From NCBI GenBank assembly GCA_965217775.1, contig CBDCJH010000002.1:5632001-5696000 (forward strand): a stretch of DNA of 64,000 nt, in the 5' to 3' direction. Each line of letters starts with the position of its first letter. Position 1 is the first letter of the stretch. Below are positions 30,085 through 39,867 of the stretch, in pieces. The stretch comes from Acidobacteriota bacterium (GTDB lineage Bacteria > Acidobacteriota > UBA6911 > RPQK01 > JAJDTT01). The translations under genes and the position numbers were made by a program. Under the pieces are notes generated by a model. It was given only the letters and a program-made list of their open reading frames with translations. It made no database searches and was not told where the DNA came from.

Positions 30085-30332
30085 TGCCGGCGAGAGGGCA
30101 GATTCCCTATCGAAAGGTCAAGAGGATGCTTGACGACTGCGCTCCCGGGTACACGACTCGACTAACACGCCACCGTAGGCAGTTCCGGTTCAATGGTAAG
30201 GTTCATCGACTCCAAAAAGGACCTCATGGCTCTTCAACGAATTACCCGGTCGCGATTGGCCAGGTCAGGGCTTTAGCCAAAGATTTTGAAATCCTGGATT
30301 GCGCCAAGGAGCACCTGCCGCAATTGCGTTGA
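30084..30332 (+). CDS. Putative HicA-like mRNase toxin (divergent)
   Basis: Basic 82 aa; pattern YRKVKRML..GY..R..RH..F..PHG..VAIGQVRALAKDF fits the HicA dsRBD-like layout. Confidence 0.55.
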   Translation: MPARGQIPYRKVKRMLDDCAPGYTTRLTRHRRQFRFNGKVHRLQKGPHGSSTNYPVAIGQVRALAKDFEILDCAKEHLPQLR

Positions 30333-30357
30333 TCGTCCCCCAGACCCGATCTTCAGC

Positions 30358-30572
30358 TCGGACGCACTACAGTTACGGTGCCGTCCTCGCCCTCTCGGGG
30401 GACGTGAAACAAGCCATGAGCCATCTGCGGAAAGCGTCCGAGAGTCCGGATCCCGGAATTCGCCAAGCCGCGCTGGATCTGTTGAGGGAATTGAATCGAG
30501 CCCCGTAGGGGCGATAGGAGGGGGGACATTCCTGTCCCCCTCTTCATTGTTGGTCGGGAATCGGCGGTTGGA
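30358..30572 (+). repeat. Direct repeat, right copy (orphan duplicate of cytochrome-TPR 3' end + REP)
   Basis: Encodes RTHYSYGAVLALSGDVKQAMSHLRKASESPDPGIRQAALDLLRELNRAP, a few substitutions from the intact C-terminus. Confidence 0.92.
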
Positions 30573-30680
30573 GAACTCTGCTCCCACGCCGAAATGCGGA
30601 GGGGGGACTGCCGTCCCCCCTATACCCCCCAAGAGGGCGACTGGAAATCGCCCCTCCCGGCGGTTGGAAACCGCCGCTCC
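30517..30680. repeat. Cluster of about five GGAG-type REP hairpins (BIME-like)
   Basis: GGAG-GGGGGACATTCCTGTCCCCC, GGAG-GGGGGACTGCCGTCCCCC, GGGCGACTGGAAATCGCCC-TCC and CGGCGGTTGGAAACCGCCG-CTCC. Confidence 0.78.
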
Positions 30681-32056
30681 TACCCAAGAAGTTCCGGAAT
30701 GGGCTTCCCGGTCTTGTCCTCGAAGGAGTTGGCGATCTTCACGGGACGTCCGACCGGGGTCATGTACTCCTTGGTCCAGTCGATTCCCATCGCCTTGTAC
30801 ACGGTCGCGAAGATGTCTCCGATGGAAACCTCGCGCTCCGCCACATGGGCGCCCTTCTCATCGCTGGCTCCGAGCACCTGACCTCCCTGGACTCCGCCGC
30901 CGGACATGAGCAACGTCCAGGCATGGGGCCAGTGGTCCCGTCCACCGCTGGCGTTGTGGTTCGGTGTCCGGCCGAACTCGCCCATGACGATGACCATCGT
31001 CGAGTCCAACATTCCCCTCTCGTCCAGGTCGACCAACAGGGCGGACAGGGCCTGATCGAGCGGCGGAACCAACGCATCCTTGTGCTGCTTGTCGTTGTTC
31101 CCGTGCGTATCCCACTCGTTGAACTTGTAGCCGGCCGCCGTCACGAAACGGGATCCCCTTTCCGCCAGGCGCCGAGCCAGGAGCACGCTCTGGCCGAAGC
31201 CGTTCCTGCCGTAGGCGTTTCGGACCTTTTCCGGCTCCCGGGTCAGTTCGAACGCTTCCCGGACCTCCGGTGTCAGAATCATCTGCAGCGCCTTCTCACG
31301 GAACCCGTCCATGGCGTTGAACTCGGCCAATTCCACCTTCTTGCGGTAGGCCGAGTCGACCATCTGCAACATCGAAAGCCGGGACTCCAACCGCTCGACC
31401 GGCAATCCCTTGGGGAGGGTCAGATCCGCGACGGCGAAGTTGGGGTCGCAAACCGTGGTGATCTCCTTGAAGCTGCAACCCGTCGGGTCGCCCAGGATCA
31501 GGGGATCGTATTTCGCCCCCAGGTGCGCGCTCTTGAAGAGCTGCTCGTATTGCCGGTCCACGTCGAACTGGGGGGCCAGGACGTACGGGGGCATGGTGTT
31601 TATCGGACCCAACTCCTTGGTGATGATGGAGCCGACGCTGGGGAACGCCATGGCCGCACTGGGACGATGCCCGGTGAGCACGTTGTGTGCGCCCTCGAGG
31701 TGGTTGGCTTCCTCCGTACGGACGGACCGGACGACGGCGATCTTGTCCATCTGCTGCGCGACGAGAGGACAGAGCTCCGTCACCTGAATCCCCGGAACGT
31801 TGGTGGAAATCGGCTTGAACGAACTGTTCGGCTTGGGGTCGTATGTGTCGATATGACTCGGCCCACCCTCCAGCCAGAGCAGGATGATCGATTTCGCCGT
31901 GGCCTCCTTCTCGATATCCACTCCCGCACTCGCCATCAGGCTCTTGAACTGAAGGTAATGCGTGAGGTTGGCTCCCAGCAGGCTGAGAGAGCCCAATCGC
32001 AAGAAGTCTCTTCGACTGGCGAGCCGGTAATCGAGGCAACCCACTTTTCTCAACAT
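30680..32056 (-). CDS. DUF1501-domain protein (Tat-exported)
   Basis: SRRDFL; LLWLEGGPSHIDTYDPKP; LLARRLAERGSRFV; WDTH; GEFGRTP; GRDHW. Confidence 0.9.
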   Translation of the reverse strand: MLRKVGCLDYRLASRRDFLRLGSLSLLGANLTHYLQFKSLMASAGVDIEKEATAKSIILLWLEGGPSHIDTYDPKPNSSFKPISTNVPGIQVTELCPLVAQQMDKIAVVRSVRTEEANHLEGAHNVLTGHRPSAAMAFPSVGSIITKELGPINTMPPYVLAPQFDVDRQYEQLFKSAHLGAKYDPLILGDPTGCSFKEITTVCDPNFAVADLTLPKGLPVERLESRLSMLQMVDSAYRKKVELAEFNAMDGFREKALQMILTPEVREAFELTREPEKVRNAYGRNGFGQSVLLARRLAERGSRFVTAAGYKFNEWDTHGNNDKQHKDALVPPLDQALSALLVDLDERGMLDSTMVIVMGEFGRTPNHNASGGRDHWPHAWTLLMSGGGVQGGQVLGASDEKGAHVAEREVSIGDIFATVYKAMGIDWTKEYMTPVGRPVKIANSFEDKTGKPIPELLG

Positions 32057-32100
32057 CGTTGGCTTCTCCTTGGGCGACTTCGCAAAAAGCCTAAAGGCGC

Positions 32101-34698
32101 TCAATGGTTATATGCAAACTCCCGGGAACTGATCAAAGCCCAGGTCAGATCCTGCAGGGTCGTCTTCCGGGACGGGCTCTCCTCGAGCAAACGCTCCAGG
32201 CGATCGAAATCATCCTGGCTCGGAAGTCTGGTAAACGCCAGCAGATAAAGTTCTTCCACGATCTCTCTATTGGAGCGGCCGCTCCGGATCATCTGGTCCA
32301 GCCGTCCGCCTTCGCGTCCCAGTTTTTCGTTGTAGGTCCGTCCCGAAAAGGAGTGCAGGGCCTGCAGCAGGGTGGGGCCGGTCCGGTTCGGCTTACCGGC
32401 CCGGTCGTAGCGGCCATGGACTTCCATGAACATGCTGTGGTCGATGGACCAATTCTTCAGGTTCATGGCCCGGGTTCCCACCGGCTCATGACCTCTCGTC
32501 GTATCCAGGTACTCCTCGTCGGTCACTCCGGTCACGAAAGAGATGGCATCGAGGAACAGCTCGGCGTCCAGCGGCCGGGGTTGGAAGTGGGAGTAGTTCG
32601 TGGTGTCGTGCCGGTTCGTCTCGTTGGGGACCGAAGTCAGTTGATAGGCTCGTGAGCGGACGATGGTCCGGATCAGTTTCTTCAGATCGTGCCCCTGGTT
32701 CCTGAAGTCATCAGCCAGGGCGGTGAGCAGATCCGGGTGCGAGGGGGGATTGGTGGACCGGAAGTCGTCCACCGGATCAACGATCCCTCGCCCGAAGAAA
32801 TAACTCCAAATCCGGTTCACCGTTGCTTCCGCGAAGTGGGGATGTTCGGTGATCCATTCCGCCAGGGCCATCCGCGGATCGAACTGCCTTTCCGGGGGGA
32901 GAGGGGTGCCGTCGGGCAAGGTCGCTTTCACTTCTTTCTTGGTGCGCGGATGAATGACCTTGGCGACATCCTCGGACTGGCCCCAGGCATAGTCCCGGCC
33001 GGCGGGGTTGTCGAAGATCACCATGTCGGACTCGTCAGACCATCCGACTTGAACCAGGCTGCCGAAGAACGCCGTCAGCCCCCAGAACTGGTCCTGGCTC
33101 CAACTGTCGAAGGGGTGGTTGTGACACTGAGCGCAATCCAGCCGGCGGCCCATGAAGAGTCGGATCTGCTCTCCCATCACCTGTTGGGGACCGGTGGGAT
33201 CGTTCTCGGTGGCGAACCTGGAGAAGTGCCGGGAGGGCCCGTCCCATCCCTGCGCGGAGATCCGTTCCCGAGCCATCTGGTCGTAGGGTTTTCCATCGAT
33301 GACGCTGTCTCGGATCCATTCCCAATACGCCGCGTTGAACTCGGTCGTGCCGCCGTTCACAAGGCGTCCCACTCGAAAGAGCTGGGAAAATCGGTACGTC
33401 CAGTAGTCGACGTATTCGGGGGAATCCAGCAGCGTCTCGATCAGTTTGTCCCGCTTCTGCGGGTCCTGCGAGGCCAGGAACTCGCGGACGCGGTTGGGCG
33501 GCGGCAGCGAGCCGGCCAGATCGAGACACACGCGCCTCAGAAACTCGGTGTCGCTCGAAAGGTCGGAAGGAACGATGTTGAAGCGCCTGAGTTTGCCGAA
33601 GACGTATTCGTCGATGTAGTTCTCTTCGGAAACGGCCGGATAGTTCGGAATCAGGTCCGTGATCACGCCGGCGAGCGCGCTGACCGCCTGGCCCGCAGCG
33701 CGGATCATGATTGCCGTCTCGCCTTTGGCGACCGCCTTCACCGTTCCGTCGCCGCCCACGCTCACGATCGCCGGATTGATGGAGGAGTAGAGCACCTGGT
33801 CGCTGATATCCTGGCTCCGGCCGTCCGAAAGGTGAGCCATCACGACGAGTTGCTGGGTTCCTCCCGGCTCCAGCACGAACTTCCTCGGGAACACCTCAAC
33901 GCCGTCGACTCCGGCGGACCCTTTATCGGTCTCCTCACCGAAGGGGGCCCCCGCTTGAATCCAACCCAGTATGGTCCGGTAATCGGGAGAGTCGAGGGAA
34001 AACTTGGGCCCGCCGCCGTGAGCCACGGCCATGGTCGGCTTCGCCAGCAGCAAGCTCTTCTCCGGTTCCTTCAAGTCGATCCGGGGAACCTTCGGGTCGT
34101 CCGATTTGTCCGTGAGGACATGGAAGATGCCGCCCTCCAGGATCCACTTGTAGTCGTCCTCGGGGTAGAGGGAGTTCTGCGAGAGCTTGAATCCGCCCTG
34201 CCCCTTGACGCCGCCGTGGCAGTCGCTGCTGTTGCAGCCGTGTTTGGTGAGAATCGAGCCGACGTCCCGGGTGAAACTGAAGGTCTTCTCCCGGACCAGG
34301 TCCTGGACCCGGATCGCCGCTTCTGCGGCGTGTCCCTCGATCTCCACCCGGACTCGGGTCTCGCCCTGGGAGACGCCGACGATTCGGGAAGATCCCTCGA
34401 TCTTGGCGACCTCGTCGTCCGCCACGTCGAAACTGCTACGCGACGTCACGTCTCGTTGCAGCCCGTCGGAGAAGGTGCCGAGCACCACGAATCGCTGTGA
34501 AGGATCCGCTCCCCTCAGGTCCACATCATCGGGGAACATTTCGATGGAGACGAGGGTCAGGGCGTGGCTGCTGGCCGGCCGCAACGGTTCTCCCTGGGGA
34601 GAGGCCGCCGACAGGCCCAGGACGACGGCCAGCACCAACAGCATGACCGTTGGTGATCCGTCGAAGCCGGTCGCGAATTTCAGCTTTTCCAGTCTCAC
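32101..34698 (-). CDS. DUF1549/DUF1553 protein with Ig-like (Big_2) domains
   Basis: GCNSSDCHG, FLRRVCLDLAGSLP, CAQCHNHPFD.W, VNRIWSYFFGRGIVDPVDD, PSHPDLL and WALISSREFAYNH. Confidence 0.88.
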   Translation of the reverse strand: MRLEKLKFATGFDGSPTVMLLVLAVVLGLSAASPQGEPLRPASSHALTLVSIEMFPDDVDLRGADPSQRFVVLGTFSDGLQRDVTSRSSFDVADDEVAKIEGSSRIVGVSQGETRVRVEIEGHAAEAAIRVQDLVREKTFSFTRDVGSILTKHGCNSSDCHGGVKGQGGFKLSQNSLYPEDDYKWILEGGIFHVLTDKSDDPKVPRIDLKEPEKSLLLAKPTMAVAHGGGPKFSLDSPDYRTILGWIQAGAPFGEETDKGSAGVDGVEVFPRKFVLEPGGTQQLVVMAHLSDGRSQDISDQVLYSSINPAIVSVGGDGTVKAVAKGETAIMIRAAGQAVSALAGVITDLIPNYPAVSEENYIDEYVFGKLRRFNIVPSDLSSDTEFLRRVCLDLAGSLPPPNRVREFLASQDPQKRDKLIETLLDSPEYVDYWTYRFSQLFRVGRLVNGGTTEFNAAYWEWIRDSVIDGKPYDQMARERISAQGWDGPSRHFSRFATENDPTGPQQVMGEQIRLFMGRRLDCAQCHNHPFDSWSQDQFWGLTAFFGSLVQVGWSDESDMVIFDNPAGRDYAWGQSEDVAKVIHPRTKKEVKATLPDGTPLPPERQFDPRMALAEWITEHPHFAEATVNRIWSYFFGRGIVDPVDDFRSTNPPSHPDLLTALADDFRNQGHDLKKLIRTIVRSRAYQLTSVPNETNRHDTTNYSHFQPRPLDAELFLDAISFVTGVTDEEYLDTTRGHEPVGTRAMNLKNWSIDHSMFMEVHGRYDRAGKPNRTGPTLLQALHSFSGRTYNEKLGREGGRLDQMIRSGRSNREIVEELYLLAFTRLPSQDDFDRLERLLEESPSRKTTLQDLTWALISSREFAYNH

Positions 34699-34719
34699 GG
34701 TGCCTTTTCCTGGGAACTC

Positions 34720-36579
34720 CTACCGCTTTGAGGCGAGCTGTTGCTTTTCCTCATTTCCATCCACCAGCAGAGGGAGCGTGGCGATGGCGAAGGCCTCGCC
34801 CAGCTTGCCCCCCTTGATCGGCCGGGCCGTCAAATCGATGAGCCAGGGGCTGCGCGACGGCAAGGCGTTGGAATCCGCCAGCAGCGCGACTGTGGCCTTC
34901 TGGTTGGATGCCCTGAAACGTTTCTGATCCTTCAATGGGGGCAGGTCCTCCGTCGACCGGCTCTGTTTCGGGCTTGCAACCACCGGAAACGCCTTCACGC
35001 CGGGTGGAAGGTTTTCGACGCTGAGCAGGACGTCGCCTTGGAATCCCTCTTCCAGATCCACCGACAGTTCCAGCGTACTCACCTGTCCCGGAGTGACCCG
35101 AACGTGATCTTCTTCGGGACGAATCGCTCCGACATGTGGAACCTGGTCCCGGACCAGCAGTCTGTACCTGAAATCGGAGCCTCCCTTCCGGGAGGTTATG
35201 TCGCGAACCTGGAGGGTGTACTCGCCCCCCTTTTCGAAGCTGTAGGTGGTCTTGGCCTCCAGGTACTTGACGACGAAGTTCCCGCTCCTGCCCCAGACTT
35301 TATTGAGGTTTTCGACGACTTCCTCGCCGTCGGCGCTCATGACCTTCATCCAGGGGACGAAATAAGAGGGTTTCCTGAGCGAGGTCTCGATCTCGAAGGC
35401 CACGAGGGCTCCGTCGGCGACTTTGAACTTGAAGGTGTCGATGTCACCAGGCCCGCCGATGGTCCCTTCCAGAGCCGCGGGGATGGCCCGCACGTCGAGG
35501 GCTTGAGCCAACTGGTCATTCGGCTCTTGCTCGGCGAACGATTCGAACGAGATGCCTCCGCCGGAAGCCTCGTCCGGTTCTTCCCGGACGCTCCTGGCCT
35601 GCAGTCTCTCGATCCAATCCGCTTCGATCTTCCGGCCGAAGTCCCGTTCGGAAACCATGGGCACGAGGGACTGGGCAGCTTCTCCCGCCCAGGTCCATTT
35701 CAGGGGGCCCTCGTGGGCCGGCCGATCGGGTTGGAAGGCACAGGATGCCTCCCCGGAATTCCCGCCGGGGAAAACCTTCAACTGGTAGCCGGGATTGTCG
35801 AACATCCCGACCTTGCCCGAGACCTCCGCCACGGCCAGAAAGAATTCGCCGTCTTTGGGGAATCTGTAGACCAAGGTCGGCCGATGCTGCATGGGGTCAT
35901 TGATGACCAACCGATGATCGCGGTTGGGGTCGAACCAACTGCCTCCCCGCTCATGGATGCTCAGCTTCGGCCGCATCGTCCAAAGGCCGAGCGGAGCGGT
36001 ACTCGAGAAGAAGTCCACTTGGAAACAGAGGACCTCGTCGCGGGTTGCCTGCAAACGATAGAAGTCCACTTCGCCCAGTTCCGGCAGGCTGCCCTGAACC
36101 ACGGAAGGAAAGGAGTCGATGGGTTGGGCGGTGTCCAACTCGTTGTGTTGGGTGCCGATTTCGCGAACGTTGGGCTCGGACGTGACGCGGAACCTCAGGG
36201 GATTGGAAATCCCGCCGGGGGTCACGGCCCGGAAATAATGGGCTCCAAATTCGGCGTCGGGGGCGATGCGAACCTTCAGGAGCGCCCGGTATTTCCCCTG
36301 ATAGGGACCGGCCTCGGAGCCCTTTTCCGGTTCGGCGCCGTCTTTTTTGGCTTCCTCGGTCCGTTCCAGATTCAGGATCTCCGCCTCCACCTCATCGCAA
36401 TAGAACCAAGCCACCTGAAGCGGGTCCAGAAACTTGCCGCGAAGCTCGACTTCGAGCGTCTCCCCGGCCTGTCCTCCCAGGGGATACAGGGAGATCAGCT
36501 TGGGCCTGGCAGGTGGATCCGCGGCTTCGAGTTGAACCGAAAGGAAAGCCAGAATCAGAAGAGCTGGAATGGACCGCAT
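34720..36579 (-). CDS. Exported PPC (pre-peptidase C-terminal)-like repeat protein accompanying DUF1549/DUF1501
   Basis: Signal peptide; YPLGGQAG, GISNPLRF, EQEPND, GDIDTFKF and GEYTLQVRD..GGSDFRYRL. Confidence 0.75.
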   Translation of the reverse strand: MRSIPALLILAFLSVQLEAADPPARPKLISLYPLGGQAGETLEVELRGKFLDPLQVAWFYCDEVEAEILNLERTEEAKKDGAEPEKGSEAGPYQGKYRALLKVRIAPDAEFGAHYFRAVTPGGISNPLRFRVTSEPNVREIGTQHNELDTAQPIDSFPSVVQGSLPELGEVDFYRLQATRDEVLCFQVDFFSSTAPLGLWTMRPKLSIHERGGSWFDPNRDHRLVINDPMQHRPTLVYRFPKDGEFFLAVAEVSGKVGMFDNPGYQLKVFPGGNSGEASCAFQPDRPAHEGPLKWTWAGEAAQSLVPMVSERDFGRKIEADWIERLQARSVREEPDEASGGGISFESFAEQEPNDQLAQALDVRAIPAALEGTIGGPGDIDTFKFKVADGALVAFEIETSLRKPSYFVPWMKVMSADGEEVVENLNKVWGRSGNFVVKYLEAKTTYSFEKGGEYTLQVRDITSRKGGSDFRYRLLVRDQVPHVGAIRPEEDHVRVTPGQVSTLELSVDLEEGFQGDVLLSVENLPPGVKAFPVVASPKQSRSTEDLPPLKDQKRFRASNQKATVALLADSNALPSRSPWLIDLTARPIKGGKLGEAFAIATLPLLVDGNEEKQQLASKR

Positions 36580-36810
36580 AATAGGGATCTCCACACGCGT
36601 ACGACTGAGCGGAATTTTATATCAGCAGCCGTGGGGAATACAACCAGGGGCGTCCGGCGTCAAATCCCGGATCCCGGTGGCTGGATATCCACCGTCGCGG
36701 CCCTCTTCACGCAGGCTTGATTCCGTCGCCGAAAGCCGGGGCGGAAAATGGGTGCGGTCACCGCTCGCCCGGGGGCCGCCTTCCCAATGAGATCTCCCGT
36801 AGGGAGATCG

Positions 36811-37056
36811 TAATTTTGAATTAATAACAGCAGATCATCGGAGGAAAGAATTATAAAAAGAGGTATAAGTACAACTATAATAAATCTCGGAATAAATATT
36901 TGTACATATAATAAAAGAAAGGGCAGATCGATTAATATCGTGCGTCTTAAACTTCGATCCAGACGATGTTCATCAGAAATTAGTTAAACATGAACTGAAT
37001 ATTATGTAGGAATCGACTCACTTATCGAATAGAGTCGTAAAAACAATTATAATTGT
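36811..37056. promoter_or_regulatory. AT-rich intergenic tract upstream of the PPC-DUF1549-DUF1501 operon
   Basis: Abrupt drop in GC; bounded by hairpin GATCTCCC-GTA-GGGAGATC (36791-36809) and perfect palindrome ACAATTATAATTGT (37043-37056). Confidence 0.45.
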
Positions 37057-38079
37057 CTATCTCGAGGTTCCAGCCAGGCGGTAGATTCGCTGGACGTTCC
37101 CTCCGAGGATGAGGCTCAGATCCTCCTGGGACATGTAGGGGCAGTTGTTTTTCAGGTAGTGGAAACGCCGGGAGTACTCGGCCGGACTGCGCAGGCCCGT
37201 CTTGACGAATTCCGAACCCCAGGCCAGCCGCCTGGGACCGAAGTTGTCGTAGAAGCTCTTGAGGACGACGTCGTTGGGTCCATAATTCAGGTGCACCGGG
37301 AGAATCCCAAGGATCACGTTGTGTTCCTTGACCAGCCGGACGGCCGCTTCCGGGAGCTGGACCGAGTTGTCCGGCTGCAGGCACGGCTTCGGTGGGATGC
37401 CATGGACGATCATGACCGTAAGGTCGGGAAATTTCTTGAGGAGCCGCAGGAGAATGGGCCACAGACTCTCGAAATTGGACCCGTAGCCGATGGAGGGACT
37501 GCCGGTGTAAGTGACGAAGGAGACGGGAATCTTCAGTGAGGTCACCGCCTTCCACAGGGGATCGTACTTGGAAGTGGCCAGGCTGTCGTGGCCATCGGAG
37601 CCCGGAGGAGGATCGTAGTACAACCCTCGGAACCCCCAATCTTCGACGTAGTGGTGAAGCTTGTCGACTTGTTCACTCGTGTATGCCTTCTGCTCGTCGA
37701 GCTTGCACACGGCAATGAATCTGTTGGGGAACTCTCGCAGGACTCGGGCCTGATACTTGTTGGCCCACACTCTGAGCGTGTGAAGCACCGCCATGTCCAC
37801 GCCGGTTGCATCCATCACTTCAATCAGTTCGCGGGCAGACAGCCCGAGCTTGGAGTTGGTGATCTCGAAGATGGTGCGATCCAGTTGTGGATCGTAGCCC
37901 TCCACGAGGTCCTCGGGCTTCAGGGCGCCGACGTGTCCGTGGTTGTCGATGACCAGGGCGGGTTTTCCAACAGGCCCTTTAGCAGACGCCCGTGTCGTGA
38001 ATGACCTCCCGTACATCGCAGGGGTGAGGAAAGCGGTCCCGAGAAACCTGCGGCGGTTCCATCCCGGTTTCGGATTCAT
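37057..38079 (-). CDS. Amidohydrolase_2-family protein with Tat signal
   Basis: NRRRFL; IDNHGH metal motif; FPDLTVMIVHG; RLAWGSEF; ILGGNVQRIY. Confidence 0.8.
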   Translation of the reverse strand: MNPKPGWNRRRFLGTAFLTPAMYGRSFTTRASAKGPVGKPALVIDNHGHVGALKPEDLVEGYDPQLDRTIFEITNSKLGLSARELIEVMDATGVDMAVLHTLRVWANKYQARVLREFPNRFIAVCKLDEQKAYTSEQVDKLHHYVEDWGFRGLYYDPPPGSDGHDSLATSKYDPLWKAVTSLKIPVSFVTYTGSPSIGYGSNFESLWPILLRLLKKFPDLTVMIVHGIPPKPCLQPDNSVQLPEAAVRLVKEHNVILGILPVHLNYGPNDVVLKSFYDNFGPRRLAWGSEFVKTGLRSPAEYSRRFHYLKNNCPYMSQEDLSLILGGNVQRIYRLAGTSR

Positions 38080-38336
38080 GTTCTGGCCTCCTTGAATGGT
38101 TGGACTCCCTTTCCGTCCCCGCTGCCCTGGGCCGCGGCCACGATGCCTTTCCCGAGTTCCGATTCTACGCGATTGCGGATGGGATCAGGCAACTGTTGTG
38201 CGGCCGGAGCGACGTAGGTGCCCGCTGTCGCCCCTTACTGCTCGGCCCGGGGAGGGCGACCACACAAGTGTTTGGTATCAAGACATCCTTTACAAGTTGT
38301 ATCAGGACATCCTTTACAGCTGGTCCATGGCCGTTG

Positions 38337-39867
38337 TGTCAATGACCATCGAAAATTGCACACTTCGGGCCATCGAGAACTGCATACATCGCAGGAGCCC
38401 CGCCTTCTCGGTCCGGAGTCCTCTGGGCGAACCGCTCGCGCGGTCGTCGGATGGATCGTCCTGGAGCGTTCCGCGGGGCGGCGTCGCCGGTCGCTGTGGC
38501 CGCAGGACAAGTCTCGGTCCAGAAGGGCCGCCACCACCCCCCAGGATCTGGTCCCAGGGCGCAAGACCCGGGTTCCAGGTCAGCTCCGTCGAGGTCGGCT
38601 CGTCACGCCGGTTCCCCCGTTGGACCAACCGAACCGCGCCGCTCGGGCGGACCGGTAGGTTGAAGGGATCGCGTTTGGGTGGACGGTTGGGTCATCTGGT
38701 TCAAGTGGGTCTCGGTGGTCATTCCGCTTCGGTCAGGGGGAGGCAGGGCGGCTGCCGGTTGCAGCCAAGGGCGGGATCACGTCCATGCAAAACAGAGCCG
38801 GCGGGGGTCTGCAACAGCGAGCCTGGGGCGCCGGGTGCACCCGGCGCCCCAGGCTCGCTCCGAATCGCACCGACGGCCGGCGTGACGGTTCCGGACGCTG
38901 GGGACAGGCCGGAATCCCGGCCCTGTCAATCGGCCGCAAAAATGGCATCCATCGCGGGAGACCCCGTAGCCGGCCGGGGTCCCGTCATGCCCCCCTCCTT
39001 CCCGCTCCCGCAGCCCTGGGCGGACCGTGTCCATGGCCATTGAGAAGGGACGGCCTTCAGGACACGGTTGCTCCGACGGCGAGAGCTTCACCCCATCTTC
39101 GGAGGGCGCCCGGATGGCGCCCCCTTGGAGAGCTCGGCGGCACGGCGCCGCCGGTCGCTGTGGCCGCAGGGCCGAACCCGGTTCACCAGCACCGCCATCA
39201 CCTGCTCTCCCAGGATCTGGCCCCAGGGCTCAAGAGCCGGGTTCCAGGTCAACTCCGTCGAGGTCGGCTCGTCACGCCGGTTCCCCCGTTGGACCAACCG
39301 AACCGCGCCGCTCGGGCGGACCCTAAGGGTGCCGATCTCCTCCCCCTCCAGGGGTGCCGGACGGATCCGGGTCTTGGACGTTGGCCCCGCGGAGGGCTCG
39401 AGACGTTGGGCCCACCCCGGGCGGACCCCGCAAGACGAGGTTCTCCCTTCGCTCCACGAAGCCCAGCTCGTCGAGCGAGTCGATCGGCTCCCGCTGAATC
39501 GATCGCTGGAGGCTGAAGTCGAAGTCCGGGGACGGCGTTTCGCGTCCACCCTCCTCGGCCGCTTCGTCGCCGGTGACGGGAACGCCCTCGGCTCCGGCAG
39601 TGAAACGAACCTGAGTCCGGCCAAGATGCCCCAGCAGTTCGCCATTCCCGCTCCCGTTCGAACCGGCCCCCCGGCCGCTCCGCCACGCCGAGCTCTCCAG
39701 GGCGATCCATCCGACCGCCGCCCGAGCGGTCGGCGCACAGGAATCCGGAGCCGAAAGGAGGGAGGCATGAAGGGACCAGATCCGGCCGCTGGAGACCCCG
39801 TGGCGGTCGCGGCCGCGACCGCCACGGGGTCTCCAGCGATGTGTGCAATGTTCAGTGGCCATTGACA
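38337..39867. pseudogene. istB: Scrambled IS21-family remnants (several right ends, istB fragments)
   Basis: IS21-type ends at 38337 (+), 38924 (+) and 39867 (-) resemble 28831. Peptides FDFSLQRSIQREPIDSLDELGFVERRENLVLRGPPGVG and WGQILGEQVMAVLVNR. Direct repeat of about 113 bp at 38540-38653 / 39209-39322. Confidence 0.72.

Noticed and set aside
30517-30680. CRISPR array
   Set aside because: The hairpins are non-identical and of mixed orientation, with no regular spacers and no cas genes; they fit REPs.
36811-37056. Replication origin
   Set aside because: No clustered DnaA boxes (TTATCCACA) or iterons, and no dnaA or rep gene nearby.
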